Part shown: positions 28,294 to 37,724 of the stretch, piece by piece
Numbering within the stretch: position 1 is the first letter of the stretch
Layout: each line of letters begins with the position of its first letter
Origin: Clostridia bacterium
GTDB lineage: Bacteria; Bacillota; Clostridia; Oscillospirales; CAG-272
Direction: 5' to 3'
Assembly (NCBI GenBank): GCA_017522125.1
Contig: JAFXAC010000053.1
Location: 1-58,794, forward strand
DNA length: 58,794 nt
Notes under the pieces: model-generated
What the model saw: the letters and a program-made list of their open reading frames with translations, nothing else
Database searches by the model: none
Told to the model about the DNA's origin: nothing
Translations under genes and position numbers: made by a program

Positions 28294-29747
28294 TTCTTCT
28301 CCTGAAATTCAAGAACTGTTTTTTTGAAATAATTTCCGCGCTCCTCGAAATTTGAAAAGCGGTCAAAGCTCGTGCAGGCGGGGGAAAGCACCACCGCGCT
28401 TCCCTTTTTTGCTACGTCGCGAGCCGCGCTGACAGCCGCCGCAAAATCGTCCTCAAATATTACGCGGAGCGCGTCCTTCACGCCCGTTTCCGCGCGGCGG
28501 TGCGCTATTGCCTCGGCTATTTGCGGTGCCGCCTCGCCCGTAAGCACGACTGCGCTTGCGCGGGCAATCAGAGCGTCCGCAAGCGGCTCGAACGGAACGT
28601 GCTTATCCTTGCCGCCGCAAATGACTACGGGGCGGCAATCGAAGGTAGAGAGCGCCGCCACGCTACGCGAGGGGCTTGAGTCAATGGAGCTGTTGTAGTA
28701 CTTTACGCCGTCAAGCTCCCTGACAAACTCAAGTCTGTGCGCTACGCCCGAAAACTCGCGCGCTACCTCGCGTATGACCTCGATGGGAACGTAGCCCCAA
28801 GTGAGTGCCGCGGCGGTCATATAATTTTCTACATTGTGTATTCCCGGTATTTTGATCTCCGATGCGCGAAGGATCAAAATTTCACTCTCGCCGTCGGAAT
28901 ATATCACGTCGTCGCCACGCAAAAAGATGGCGGCACTGTTCGCTCTGCCATTCGTAAGCTCGGCAAATTCCGCGCCCGCCTCGGTGCAATGCGCCGAGAA
29001 AAATATAATTCTGCCCGAAAAACGCTCGGCGGCGGCGCGGGAAAGCTCATTTTTGCCGTTCAGCACCAAAAGCTCGGTGTTATCGCCGAAAACGTTGTAT
29101 TTCGCAAGAGTGTACTCCTGCATATCCGTGTGCCAATTAAGGTGGTTCGGCGTGATATTCGTTATCGCCGCACGCAGTGCGCTTGAGCGCATAGTCTGAA
29201 GCTGAAAGCTTGAAAGCTCAAGCACGGCGGCATCCTCACACGTCATTTCGGGCGCAAGCGACAAAAGCGGAGTGCCGATATTTCCGCCGACGTACGCACG
29301 TTTTACACTCGGTGCGTGCGACATAAAAAGATGTGTAAGAGTTGTCGTAGTGGTCTTGCCGTCGCTACCCGTTATAGCAAATATCTTTGCCTTGGTCGAT
29401 GCGCAAAACCACTCCATTTCGGAGCTGAGAAGCGCACCACGGCGCACCGCCTCGCAAAGCTCGCCCGCGTCGGGACGAATGCCCGGGGAGCGAAAAATGA
29501 CCGTATCGCTCATATCCTCGGTCAAAAAATCCACCGTAGGGTCTGCGCCGCATACGAAATTGACTCCCTTTTTTATAATAGAGGTCGCATCGTCGCCAAG
29601 CTCCGAGAGCTTTTTAGCGTCGCGCACGCTAAGGCGCGCGCCCATTCCCGTCAGCATGCGTGCGAGGGGGCGATTTGACACGCCAAAGCCAAGAACTATG
29701 GCTCTGCCGCGTTCAATGCATTCTTCTATCCTTTTGGTGTCTTTCAT
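28290..29747 (-). CDS. murD: UDP-N-acetylmuramoylalanine--D-glutamate ligase
   Basis: Mur ligase P-loop ITGSDGKTTTT, central and C-terminal Mur ligase layout, 485 aa. Confidence 0.85.
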   Translation of the reverse strand: MKDTKRIEECIERGRAIVLGFGVSNRPLARMLTGMGARLSVRDAKKLSELGDDATSIIKKGVNFVCGADPTVDFLTEDMSDTVIFRSPGIRPDAGELCEAVRRGALLSSEMEWFCASTKAKIFAITGSDGKTTTTTLTHLFMSHAPSVKRAYVGGNIGTPLLSLAPEMTCEDAAVLELSSFQLQTMRSSALRAAITNITPNHLNWHTDMQEYTLAKYNVFGDNTELLVLNGKNELSRAAAERFSGRIIFFSAHCTEAGAEFAELTNGRANSAAIFLRGDDVIYSDGESEILILRASEIKIPGIHNVENYMTAAALTWGYVPIEVIREVAREFSGVAHRLEFVRELDGVKYYNSSIDSSPSRSVAALSTFDCRPVVICGGKDKHVPFEPLADALIARASAVVLTGEAAPQIAEAIAHRRAETGVKDALRVIFEDDFAAAVSAARDVAKKGSAVVLSPACTSFDRFSNFEERGNYFKKTVLEFQEKK

Positions 29748-29874
29748 AAGAACGCTCCTTAAAGCAATAATGTATCACTATATTATATATTATATTTTAT
29801 CTTAACGCAATAGTTTTACAAAAAAATCGCCCCAAAAACGTCATACAGCGCGATATTTTCCGAAATTTGGAGTA

Positions 29875-29903
29875 TTCACAGCGCGGCATTTTCATGATAT
29901 AAT
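29875..29903 (+). promoter_or_regulatory. Sigma-A type promoter for the SH3b/C39-like hydrolase gene (about 125-nt leader)
   Basis: TTCACA (29875-29880), 17-nt spacer, TGaTATAAT (TATAAT at 29898-29903). Confidence 0.6.
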
Positions 29904-30030
29904 ATACATGCATATATGCGAAAGGAGTGTGAGAACAAAGCAAAAATCCCCAAAATAACCCCGAAGGCGCGGCTTTTTGCATAACCCTTGATTTTTGCCC
30001 GCCTTCAAAGTGACAAGAAAGGATGTTGCA

Positions 30031-30990
30031 ATGAAAAAATTAATTGGTTTTATTTTATCGGCTATAATGCTTACGTCAATTTTTATCCCTGCGGCAAGTG
30101 CCGCAAGCGCGACCTCGCGCGTTGGCAGAGTATCTACGTCAAGCGGCGGACTGAACGTAAGGAGCGCAAGCTCCACGGGCGCGTCCATCCTCGCCTCTCT
30201 GCCTAAGGGAAGCTATCTTACGCTTATGTGGAAAAGCGGCTCTTGGTGGTACGTTGAATACGCAGACGGCAAATACGGCTACTGCTACGGCGACTACATA
30301 AGTCCTGTGACGAGCGTACCGAAGGAGGTTTCGCTATCGTGGGGCGTGCTTAACGTGCGAAGCGGCGCGGGAACTTCCTACGCTCGCATAGACCAGCTCC
30401 AAAACGGCGACGTGGTGCTTCAGCTATCCACGGCAAACGGCTGGAGCAGGATAGTCTACGACGGCACAAAAACGGGATACGTAAGCTCACAATATCTAAA
30501 ACCTGCGCAAAGCTATCCCGCAACTTCGCTGTCCGTTCCCAGCTATAAGCAGAACGACAAGCGTTGGGCAAACCTAAAGCTTGGAAGCTCGGGAAAGACT
30601 ATGGCGAAAATTGGCTGTGCTACTACGGGCCTTGCAATGATGGAGTCATACCGCACGGGTACTACGGTAACCCCTGCGACAATGGCGAAGCGCTTGAAAT
30701 ATACGTCGACGGGAAGCCTATATTGGCCCGAAAACTACGTTGCGGTAACGAGCAAAACGGATTACTTAAAAAAGATATACGACCTTTTACGCTCGGGCAA
30801 GCCCGTTCTTATCGGAGCAAAGACCGCATCGGGCTCACAGCACTGGGTGGTAGTTGACGGCTACAAGGGCGGCTCTACCCTTTCGCCATCGGGCTTTACC
30901 GTAAACGATCCCGCAAGCACGTCGCGCTCAACGCTTCAGGATCTGTTTGACACGCATCCGTACTTTTACAAATATTTCTATTACAAATGA
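30031..30990 (+). CDS. Secreted protein with two SH3b domains and a C39-like cysteine peptidase domain (probable cell-wall hydrolase)
   Basis: Signal peptide MKKLIGFILSAIMLTSIFIPAASA. Two SH3b repeats (LNVRS.AS/GAGTS...). C-terminal KQND.RW...GCATTG...HWVVV (Cys/His). Confidence 0.7.
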   Translation: MKKLIGFILSAIMLTSIFIPAASAASATSRVGRVSTSSGGLNVRSASSTGASILASLPKGSYLTLMWKSGSWWYVEYADGKYGYCYGDYISPVTSVPKEVSLSWGVLNVRSGAGTSYARIDQLQNGDVVLQLSTANGWSRIVYDGTKTGYVSSQYLKPAQSYPATSLSVPSYKQNDKRWANLKLGSSGKTMAKIGCATTGLAMMESYRTGTTVTPATMAKRLKYTSTGSLYWPENYVAVTSKTDYLKKIYDLLRSGKPVLIGAKTASGSQHWVVVDGYKGGSTLSPSGFTVNDPASTSRSTLQDLFDTHPYFYKYFYYK

Positions 30991-30991
30991 G

Positions 30992-31022
30992 GAATAGGCA
31001 GTTGCAAAGCAACTGCCTATTC
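30992..31022. terminator. Bidirectional hairpin between convergent genes
   Basis: GAATAGGCAGTTGC-aaa-GCAACTGCCTATTC 14-bp stem. Confidence 0.75.
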
Positions 31023-31823
31023 TTCGTATTCCTTGATACCTGCCATTTTGGATATCTCGCGGAAGCCGCCCACCTCGGCACGCTGTATCGCGCCGTATAT
31101 GCGATAGCGAAGTCCGCGGTTTTCGCGCTCAAGCCGCGCGAGCAGCTGCTTCATCTCCTGCCTTTCGGTGTTTCCGTCGGCGGGACAGGTGGACGTTACC
31201 ACGGGGAGCTCCGCCTTACCCGCAAAATAGCGTATATCCTTTTCGGGCATATAGATGAGAGGTCTTATGACCGTAACACCTACGCGCGAAAGGTACGTCA
31301 CGGGCTGAAAAACGCCTATCCTTCCCTCAAAAAAGAGATTTAGCATAAACGTTTCAACAACGTCGTCAAAATGGTGTCCGAGGGCTACCTTGTTGCACCC
31401 AAGCTCGGCGGCGGCGGAATTAAGCGCACCGCGGCGCATCTTGGCACACAGCGAGCAAGGATTTGACTCCTTGCGGATATCGAATATGACCTTTGATATC
31501 TCGGTCTTTATTATCTTATGCTCAACGCCAAGCTCGCGGCAATACTCGGTAACGGACGAAAAATCCATTCCCTCAAGTCCCATATCAATGCTTACGGCGA
31601 TAAGGGAAAAGCGCTTCGGATAAAAGCGGCGAAGCCCCGCCATAGCCGCAAGGAGCGCGAGCGAGTCCTTGCCGCCCGAAACACCGACGGCTATTCTGTC
31701 GCCGTCCTCTATCATACCGTAATCATCTACCGCGCGGCGCGCAAAGCTAAGCAGGCGCTTGGTGTCAGCACCCCTTTTCTTTTTCGGCTCGCTCGCCGTA
31801 GTTTCAAGCTCTTTTTCACTCAT
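31017..31823 (-). CDS. ttcA: TtcA-like PP-loop ATPase (tRNA 2-thiocytidine type)
   Basis: PP-loop VSGGKDS and CSLCAKMRRG plus CP..G Cys motifs. Start taken at MSEKEL (31823). Confidence 0.75.
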   Translation of the reverse strand: MSEKELETTASEPKKKRGADTKRLLSFARRAVDDYGMIEDGDRIAVGVSGGKDSLALLAAMAGLRRFYPKRFSLIAVSIDMGLEGMDFSSVTEYCRELGVEHKIIKTEISKVIFDIRKESNPCSLCAKMRRGALNSAAAELGCNKVALGHHFDDVVETFMLNLFFEGRIGVFQPVTYLSRVGVTVIRPLIYMPEKDIRYFAGKAELPVVTSTCPADGNTERQEMKQLLARLERENRGLRYRIYGAIQRAEVGGFREISKMAGIKEYEE

Positions 31824-32496
31824 TGAAAAGAAAATCCTCCAGCATCTCCGTGCTATCAAAGCACGTTTTGCAATTTTTACGCATAAAGCAACGAATTTTT
31901 TCGCTCGGCTGTCCCCACAGCGCACCGACGAAGGCCACCCCTGCCGCGCGAGCCATATCGTAGCCCGGGCGAAGGTCGTCCACCATCAGCATTTGTGAGG
32001 GTGAAAAGCCAAACGTTTCCACAATATCCTCAATAGGTCTTACGGACGGCTTGCGCCATTCTTTGCCCATATCCCAGCTGTATATCTTGTCGGGGAGCGT
32101 GCCGAAATTCTCCTTCCAATCCCTTACGATAAAGCGCTCGTGAGAGTGGGAAACGACGCAAACTATGCCGCCTGCCGCGCGCTGACGCTCGATTATACGG
32201 CGTATTCCGTCAAACGCATCGGGTACGGTCGAGTCGGCAAAGCGTTGCCATACGGCAAGCTCGTGCGCCATTTCGGCATCACTAAATCCGAGTATCTCTC
32301 GGCAATATGGCTCAAAGCCCGGCTCGAAGCAATAATCGACGAACTCCGTGTAGCTCGGCTTATGCTCAGGACGCAGCGTTGAGAGTATCTCAAGCCACGA
32401 GGGGTAATTTACCGCGGGAGTGGACGCGACGGTGGTATCGTCGTGGTCGAGTATCAAAACGGGAAATTTTGTAGTAAATGACATTATTTTATCCAT
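31816..32496 (-). CDS. HAD superfamily hydrolase
   Basis: Motif I LDHDDTTV and C-terminal VDDL...A motif. Confidence 0.7.
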   Translation of the reverse strand: MDKIMSFTTKFPVLILDHDDTTVASTPAVNYPSWLEILSTLRPEHKPSYTEFVDYCFEPGFEPYCREILGFSDAEMAHELAVWQRFADSTVPDAFDGIRRIIERQRAAGGIVCVVSHSHERFIVRDWKENFGTLPDKIYSWDMGKEWRKPSVRPIEDIVETFGFSPSQMLMVDDLRPGYDMARAAGVAFVGALWGQPSEKIRCFMRKNCKTCFDSTEMLEDFLFNE

Positions 32497-33251
32497 TCCT
32501 TGGGGAAAGCGCAGGTGTTTTGAATTTTTTCAAACGCAGCGGTGCGCACGCGCGTGGTGTTGCGCGGCTCGTCAAGATAAAGCACTATCGGCGGCGTAAC
32601 GTCAAGGCGAGGGGAGGCACCGAGCTTGCCCTCGACTATAACGGCAGACGGGCGTGATACGGTGTCGGGATATATCTCCGTCATACGCTTCGGCTCTATT
32701 TTGACACGGCGCATAGCCTCAAAAAGCTCGGGCAAGCGCTCCGTCCTGAAAACGCAGTAAAAGCATCCGCCGTGCTTCAGAAGCTTTGCGGCGGCGGCGC
32801 AAAAATCGGCTATTCCGCCGTGATTTTCGTGCCTTGCGTCCTGCGCGGCGTCGTCGACCTTCGCCTGTCCCGGGTGCGCAATATACGGAGGATTGGCAAA
32901 GACCGCGTCAAACCTTCCGCCAAGCTGTGTTTCGTGGACCTCTCTTATATCGGCGGTTACGATGCTAACGCTGTCGGCAAGTGAATTAAGCTCGACGTTG
33001 CGCTCGGCGAGAGCCGCCATATCCTCTCTTATTTCAAGGGCTACGACCTCTTTCGCTTTGCCGTAAGCGGCGGCAAGCAGAGATACTATACCCGTGCCGC
33101 ATCCAAGCTCGCAGGCACGGCGCACGGGGCGCACAGACGCGGCAAGCAGATATGCATCCGTTCCCCACGCAAGACCGTGCCCCGCGTATATGAGCCTTAG
33201 CTTATCCCCTACCTCGGAGATGCTTTCACCCTTTGCAAGTTCAATATCCAT
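32484..33251 (-). CDS. SAM-dependent N6-adenine methyltransferase, tRNA1(Val) m6A37 (TrmN6/YfiC)-like
   Basis: SAM motif ELGCGTG and catalytic FANPPY. Start taken at MDIELAK, preceded by GAGAGGAA. Confidence 0.7.
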   Translation of the reverse strand: MDIELAKGESISEVGDKLRLIYAGHGLAWGTDAYLLAASVRPVRRACELGCGTGIVSLLAAAYGKAKEVVALEIREDMAALAERNVELNSLADSVSIVTADIREVHETQLGGRFDAVFANPPYIAHPGQAKVDDAAQDARHENHGGIADFCAAAAKLLKHGGCFYCVFRTERLPELFEAMRRVKIEPKRMTEIYPDTVSRPSAVIVEGKLGASPRLDVTPPIVLYLDEPRNTTRVRTAAFEKIQNTCAFPKEWIK

Positions 33252-33323
33252 AAAAGTTCCTCTCAATTTATGAAGAACGGAGCCGTCCTTATAGGGCGGC
33301 TCCGTTTTCGGCAAAATATGTAA

Positions 33324-33494
33324 TTATTCAGCCTTGGGTGCTCCTACGGGGCAAACGGACTCGCAAGAACCGCAGTCGATGCAGGTGTCAGCGTCGATAA
33401 CGTACTTGCCGTCAGCTTCCTTGATGGCGCCTACGGGGCACTCATCAGCACATGCACCGCATGCGATGCAATCGTCGGAAATCTTGTATGCCAT
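33324..33494 (-). CDS. fdx: 2x[4Fe-4S] ferredoxin, 56 aa (absent from the supplied ORF track)
   Basis: Hand translation gives MAYKISDDCIACGACADECPVGAIKEADGKYVIDADTCIDCGSCESVCPVGAPKAE*. Two CxxCxxCxxxCP motifs. GGAGG lies 8 nt upstream of the ATG. Confidence 0.9.
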   Translation of the reverse strand: MAYKISDDCIACGACADECPVGAIKEADGKYVIDADTCIDCGSCESVCPVGAPKAE

Positions 33495-33610
33495 AATAAT
33501 AACCTCCGTGTTTTATATGGTTTAATATATTGTATCACAAAAAATTTCTTTTGCAAATACCTTTTTGAAAAAAAGTTGTTTTTTTACGAAAAAAACATTT
33601 ACCAAGCGAT

Positions 33611-34843
33611 TTATTCGCCGTCGGACTTGTCGGCGGGCGGCGTTCTGCGCGCTTCCTTGATAATTTTTATATCCGCAAGCTTATAGGACTTCGGCGCTTG
33701 GTCGGGCTTTTCATCAAGCTTTACCCGAACTGCCGAGGATATGGGCATAATATCGGTGACTACGCCCTTGCCGTCAACGGTATCAACGATGGAGCCCTGC
33801 GGCGGCATAAGCGCGATCTCGCGCTCGTAGGTGTCCTGCTCGAAGCGCAGACAGCACATAAGTCTGCCACAGTTGCCCGATATCTTGGCGGAATTGAGGG
33901 ACAGTCCCTGCTCCTTTGCCATCTTTATGGACACCTGCGCGAAATTCGGCAAAAATCCCGAACAGCAGAGCTTTCTGCCGCATACTCCAAGACCTCCGAG
34001 CATTTTTGCCTCGTCCCTGATGCCTATCTGACGAAGCTCTATCCTTGTGCGGAACACAGATGCGAGGTCCTTAACGAGGTTTCTGAAATCCACTCTGTCA
34101 GCAGAAGTGAAGTAGAAAATGAGCTTTGCGTTATCGAAGGTATACTGTGCGCCGACAAGCTTCATATCGAGCTTATGCGCGTCGACCTTTTGCATACATA
34201 TTTTAAGAGATTCCTCTTCTTTTCTGTGGTTATCGGCGTTGTGGGCAATATCCTCCGCTGTAGCGGCGCGAAGCACCGTGCGAAGCGGCTGAACTATCTT
34301 CGTTTCCTCCACCTTGCGATTTGCGATTGCTATGTCACCGAACTCCATACCGCGCGAGGTCTCCACGATGACGTGGTCGCCAACCTTGAATTTGATGTCC
34401 CCGGGTGCAAAATAGTACACCTTGCCGCCGCCCGCAAAGCGCACGCCGACTATCTCAACGCCGTTTTCTATCTCCTCCTCGACCGCATCAGGCTCGTCGG
34501 AAAAGAGCGCGTCAAGCGTGGGGTCGGGGGGCAGGGGCTCATAATCCTCGTTCTTCTTCGCCTCGGCAAAATCGTCAAAACGGCTAAAGCCAAAGCCGCC
34601 CGTGCTTTTGCCGCCTATCTCGGGCGCGTCAAACGCCGCGATAGCCTCGATAGCCTCCGAGGTAGGTACGCTTTCGTTATGCTTATTTCTTCCGCCCGAG
34701 CGTCCCTTGCCCGAGCGTCTTCTGTCGCCGTTTCTGTGGCGGCGGCTTCTGTTGCCGTCGTGCCTTGCACCCGAGCTATTGCCGCCCGATGCGCCGTCGG
34801 CTTCTTCCGTTTTTATAATTTCCTCAATCATTTCAATCTCCAT
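33611..34843 (-). CDS. ricT: PSP1 domain protein (RicT/YaaT-like) with a roughly 130-aa R/G-rich N-terminal extension
   Basis: PSP1 core (ICMQKV..., CGRKLCCSGFL, GNCGRLMCCLRFE) directly downstream of holB, as in other Firmicutes. Confidence 0.8.
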   Translation of the reverse strand: MEIEMIEEIIKTEEADGASGGNSSGARHDGNRSRRHRNGDRRRSGKGRSGGRNKHNESVPTSEAIEAIAAFDAPEIGGKSTGGFGFSRFDDFAEAKKNEDYEPLPPDPTLDALFSDEPDAVEEEIENGVEIVGVRFAGGGKVYYFAPGDIKFKVGDHVIVETSRGMEFGDIAIANRKVEETKIVQPLRTVLRAATAEDIAHNADNHRKEEESLKICMQKVDAHKLDMKLVGAQYTFDNAKLIFYFTSADRVDFRNLVKDLASVFRTRIELRQIGIRDEAKMLGGLGVCGRKLCCSGFLPNFAQVSIKMAKEQGLSLNSAKISGNCGRLMCCLRFEQDTYEREIALMPPQGSIVDTVDGKGVVTDIMPISSAVRVKLDEKPDQAPKSYKLADIKIIKEARRTPPADKSDGE

Positions 34844-34851
34844 ATATAGCG

Positions 34852-35886
34852 TTAATTCATCATTCCCGTGCGCGAAAGCAGGGATATGAGTGTAAGACGC
34901 ACGTTCATATTTTTTTCAAGCGACTCTATCGCCGACGCGACCTCCTCGGAAAACGTAAGAAGGCGGCGTAGCGGATAGCTGTCGGAAAGCTCCGTTGCCG
35001 CCGCCCTGTCGGTATAAAAGCGCAAGGGCGCGTCGGAGCTTTTTTTAAGCAGGCACAGGTCGCGAAAAGCCGTTGATATATCCGTAAGCACCTTTATCGC
35101 CTCGTCGCGCGAGTTTGTGCAAGCGGCGCACAGATGCGCGAGCGCCTCGGCGCTCTTTTTCTTGTCCGCACAGATACGGCAGAATTTCGCCGCCGCCTGT
35201 CGCCTTGCCGCCACCTCGGCTGAGGCGTCGCCCGACAACAGCTCAATAGCGCGTCCGAGCGAGCCGCCCGCAGACATTACCGCCGCGTCAAAAATATCCT
35301 TGTCGCGGCTTGCCGTGGGGAGCGAGGCGCGAAGAGCCGCCGAAAGCTCGTCGGGGCTTAGCGGCTGCATACGAATGACGGGTGCGCGGCTTCGCACGGT
35401 CTCAAGCATTGATGCCGCGCTTTCGCAAAGGAGCAAAAACACCACGTACGCGGGCGGCTCCTCAAGCGTGAGCAAAAACGCGTTTTGTGCCTGCACCGTC
35501 ATAGTATCGGCATCGTTTATTATATAAAATTTCAAATCAAGGTCGTTTGGATAGATACAAACGTCGCCCTTCAAGGCGCGGATGGCGTCAACTCCAAGCG
35601 AAGCCTTGTCGCCGTCCCTGCCTATCTCGATGACGTCGGGGCAAATATGGGCAAATATCTTTCGGCAGCTCTCGCACTCTCCGCACGGAAGCGGCTTTGT
35701 GCCGTCACCTCGCGCCTCGCAGACGAGGGACGCCGCAAGCGTAAGAGCTAAGGTGTGCTTTCCTATTCCCTTCGCACCCTCGATGATGTAGGCGTGGGCG
35801 GTGTCGGGAGTGGGCGCAAGCAGGCTTTTTCCAAGTCTTGCCTTGAGCGCACCGTTGCCGTATAGCTTCGGGAATATCTCCTTCAT
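34852..35886 (-). CDS. holB: DNA polymerase III subunit delta'
   Basis: AAA+ P-loop-like GAKGIGKHTLA and Zn module CGECESC. Start taken at MKEIFP. Confidence 0.8.
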   Translation of the reverse strand: MKEIFPKLYGNGALKARLGKSLLAPTPDTAHAYIIEGAKGIGKHTLALTLAASLVCEARGDGTKPLPCGECESCRKIFAHICPDVIEIGRDGDKASLGVDAIRALKGDVCIYPNDLDLKFYIINDADTMTVQAQNAFLLTLEEPPAYVVFLLLCESAASMLETVRSRAPVIRMQPLSPDELSAALRASLPTASRDKDIFDAAVMSAGGSLGRAIELLSGDASAEVAARRQAAAKFCRICADKKKSAEALAHLCAACTNSRDEAIKVLTDISTAFRDLCLLKKSSDAPLRFYTDRAAATELSDSYPLRRLLTFSEEVASAIESLEKNMNVRLTLISLLSRTGMMN

Positions 35887-35960
35887 CGCCGTTTGTCCTT
35901 TCATACGTTATCATCTATTTATTATATCATTTTATATTTTTATTGTCAATCCTTTTTGCG

Positions 35961-36008
35961 TAAAGAAAACGGCTGTACGTCAAGTCGCAAGACTTGGCAA
36001 ACAGCCGT
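35961..36008 (-). terminator. Intrinsic terminator after asnA
   Basis: Minus strand reads AACGGCTGT..CAAGTC-ttgc-GACTTG..ACAGCCGTT followed by TTTTCTTT. Confidence 0.65.
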
Positions 36009-36018
36009 TTTTATCAAA

Positions 36019-37023
36019 TTAAAGAAGCGGTATTCCGTTTTCAGCGCAGATGCGATATGTTTCGCGCGGCCAAGAGGAGCATTGCACCTCTCCTATATGC
36101 GCCTTGCGCAAGAAAAACATACACATTCTCGACTGACCTATGCCGCCGCCCACGGAATAGGGCAGCTCGCCTCTGAGAAGGGACGCGTGGAACGGAAGCG
36201 CCGCCCTCTCGGTGCAGCCAGCCGCCTCAAGCTGACGGAGCATAGTTTCCTCGTCGACGCGGATACCCATACTCGAAAGCTCAAGCGCCATATCGAGAAC
36301 GGGATAGTAAACTATAATATCGCCGTTGAGCGACCAATCGTCGTAGTCGGGCGCTCTGCTATCGTGCCTTTTGCCCGAAGCAAGCGTACCGCCAATGCCC
36401 TGAAGGAACACGGCTCCGTACTCCTTTACGGCGCGAAGCTCTCTTTCCTTGGGGGTAAGGGTGGGGTATCTGTTTTCAAGCTCCTGCGCGGTGATAAAGG
36501 TTATATCCTCGGGAAGAAGCTTGTCAATGAAATTATAGTCGTCGGCTATATAGTTCTCAGTCTGGCGGAGTGCATCGTATATGTAACGCACGGTCTTGTG
36601 CAGGTACGCCTCGGTCCTTTCCTCGTGGCGCATGACCTTTTCCCAATCCCATTGGTCGACGAAAACCGAGTGGATATTATCGGTAATTTCGTCGCGGCGA
36701 ATTGCGTTCATATCGGTATAAAGTCCCTCGCCAACGGCAAAGCCGTAGCGGCGAAGCGCCATTCTCTTCCACTTTGCGAGAGAATGAACGACGGCATAGC
36801 AACCGCCCGTTTCTCCAAGGTCAAAGGAAACGGGACGCTCGACACCGCTGAGATCGTCGTTAAGTCCGCTTTCCGAATCAACGAACAGCGGCGCGCTGAC
36901 GCGGCGCAGATTGAGCTGATTTGCCAGATCGTTCTGGAAAAAATCTTTTACCTTTTTTATAGCTATCTGTGTTTGTCTTACCGTCAAATGCGGCTTGTAG
37001 CCTTGCGGCAGGATAACGGGCAT
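36019..37023 (-). CDS. asnA: Aspartate--ammonia ligase
   Basis: AsnA-type N-terminus (PQGYKPHLTVRQTQIAIKKVKDFF) and class II aaRS-like core, about 335 aa. Confidence 0.85.
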   Translation of the reverse strand: MPVILPQGYKPHLTVRQTQIAIKKVKDFFQNDLANQLNLRRVSAPLFVDSESGLNDDLSGVERPVSFDLGETGGCYAVVHSLAKWKRMALRRYGFAVGEGLYTDMNAIRRDEITDNIHSVFVDQWDWEKVMRHEERTEAYLHKTVRYIYDALRQTENYIADDYNFIDKLLPEDITFITAQELENRYPTLTPKERELRAVKEYGAVFLQGIGGTLASGKRHDSRAPDYDDWSLNGDIIVYYPVLDMALELSSMGIRVDEETMLRQLEAAGCTERAALPFHASLLRGELPYSVGGGIGQSRMCMFFLRKAHIGEVQCSSWPRETYRICAENGIPLL

Positions 37024-37085
37024 CGTGCGCACCTCTTTTCAACAAATATAAATTATTATATCACTTATTTAGCCGTGTGTCAATA

Positions 37086-37724
37086 TCAAAATCCCAGACT
37101 CTCGCCTACTATTATGACCTTTATGCGCCACGGTATGCTTGAACGGCGGGTGTAGACGAACTGACTGCACATACACTCGCCCGCGGTGAAGCACTCTCCG
37201 CATTTACCAAGCGTGCCGCAGGGCGTTTTCTTGCCAAGCCTTACGGCGTTTGGCGGCGCGGCGCACAGACGGGCGCGGTCAAAGCCGCCCTCGGCATCGG
37301 TGACGAGCTTGTTCATTCCAACGACGACGAGGACGTTTTGCGGACCGTAGCAAAGCGCGGCTACGCGGTTGGCGTTTCCGTCGATGTTTATAAGCTCACC
37401 CTCGGAGGTAAAGGCGTTGGCGCTCATAAGGAACCACTCCGCGCCGAACATCTCGAGATATTTTTGTCTTATCTCGTCGGGGCTTTTAGCGTCGGCGCGG
37501 TCGATAGCGGTATAATTTCCGCCCTTGATAGCGTCGATAAGACCTATCTCCGACATAGTAACGGAGCCGCCCCAGCCTACGCTTGCGCCCTCGGGGATAA
37601 GCTCAAGCGCCTTTTTAAGCGCCGCCTCTTTGTCGGGGCAATAGTAGCCTTCTATCTGACGAACCGCCATCTTTTTTATTACTGTAGCGGCTATATTTTC
37701 ATAATTTTTCTGTACGGGTGTCAT
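37086..37724 (-). CDS. LUD (lactate utilization, DUF162) domain protein
   Basis: Family-typical layout with GWGGSVT and a C-terminal Cys-rich tail (CGTLGKCGEC). Confidence 0.55.
   Translation of the reverse strand: MTPVQKNYENIAATVIKKMAVRQIEGYYCPDKEAALKKALELIPEGASVGWGGSVTMSEIGLIDAIKGGNYTAIDRADAKSPDEIRQKYLEMFGAEWFLMSANAFTSEGELINIDGNANRVAALCYGPQNVLVVVGMNKLVTDAEGGFDRARLCAAPPNAVRLGKKTPCGTLGKCGECFTAGECMCSQFVYTRRSSIPWRIKVIIVGESLGF

Noticed and set aside
29904-30030. Riboswitch (for example cyclic-di-AMP ydaO type) in the roughly 125-nt leader of the SH3b/C39-like cell-wall hydrolase gene
   Set aside because: Only one interrupted stem (GAAGGCG...CGCCTTC) is visible. The leader is too short and lacks the conserved ydaO pseudo-two-fold core sequences as far as I can judge by eye. 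It is left unannotated.
33334-33525. 63-aa plus-strand ORF from the track
   Set aside because: It is a shadow of the minus-strand ferredoxin gene. The peptide is low-complexity and has no RBS.
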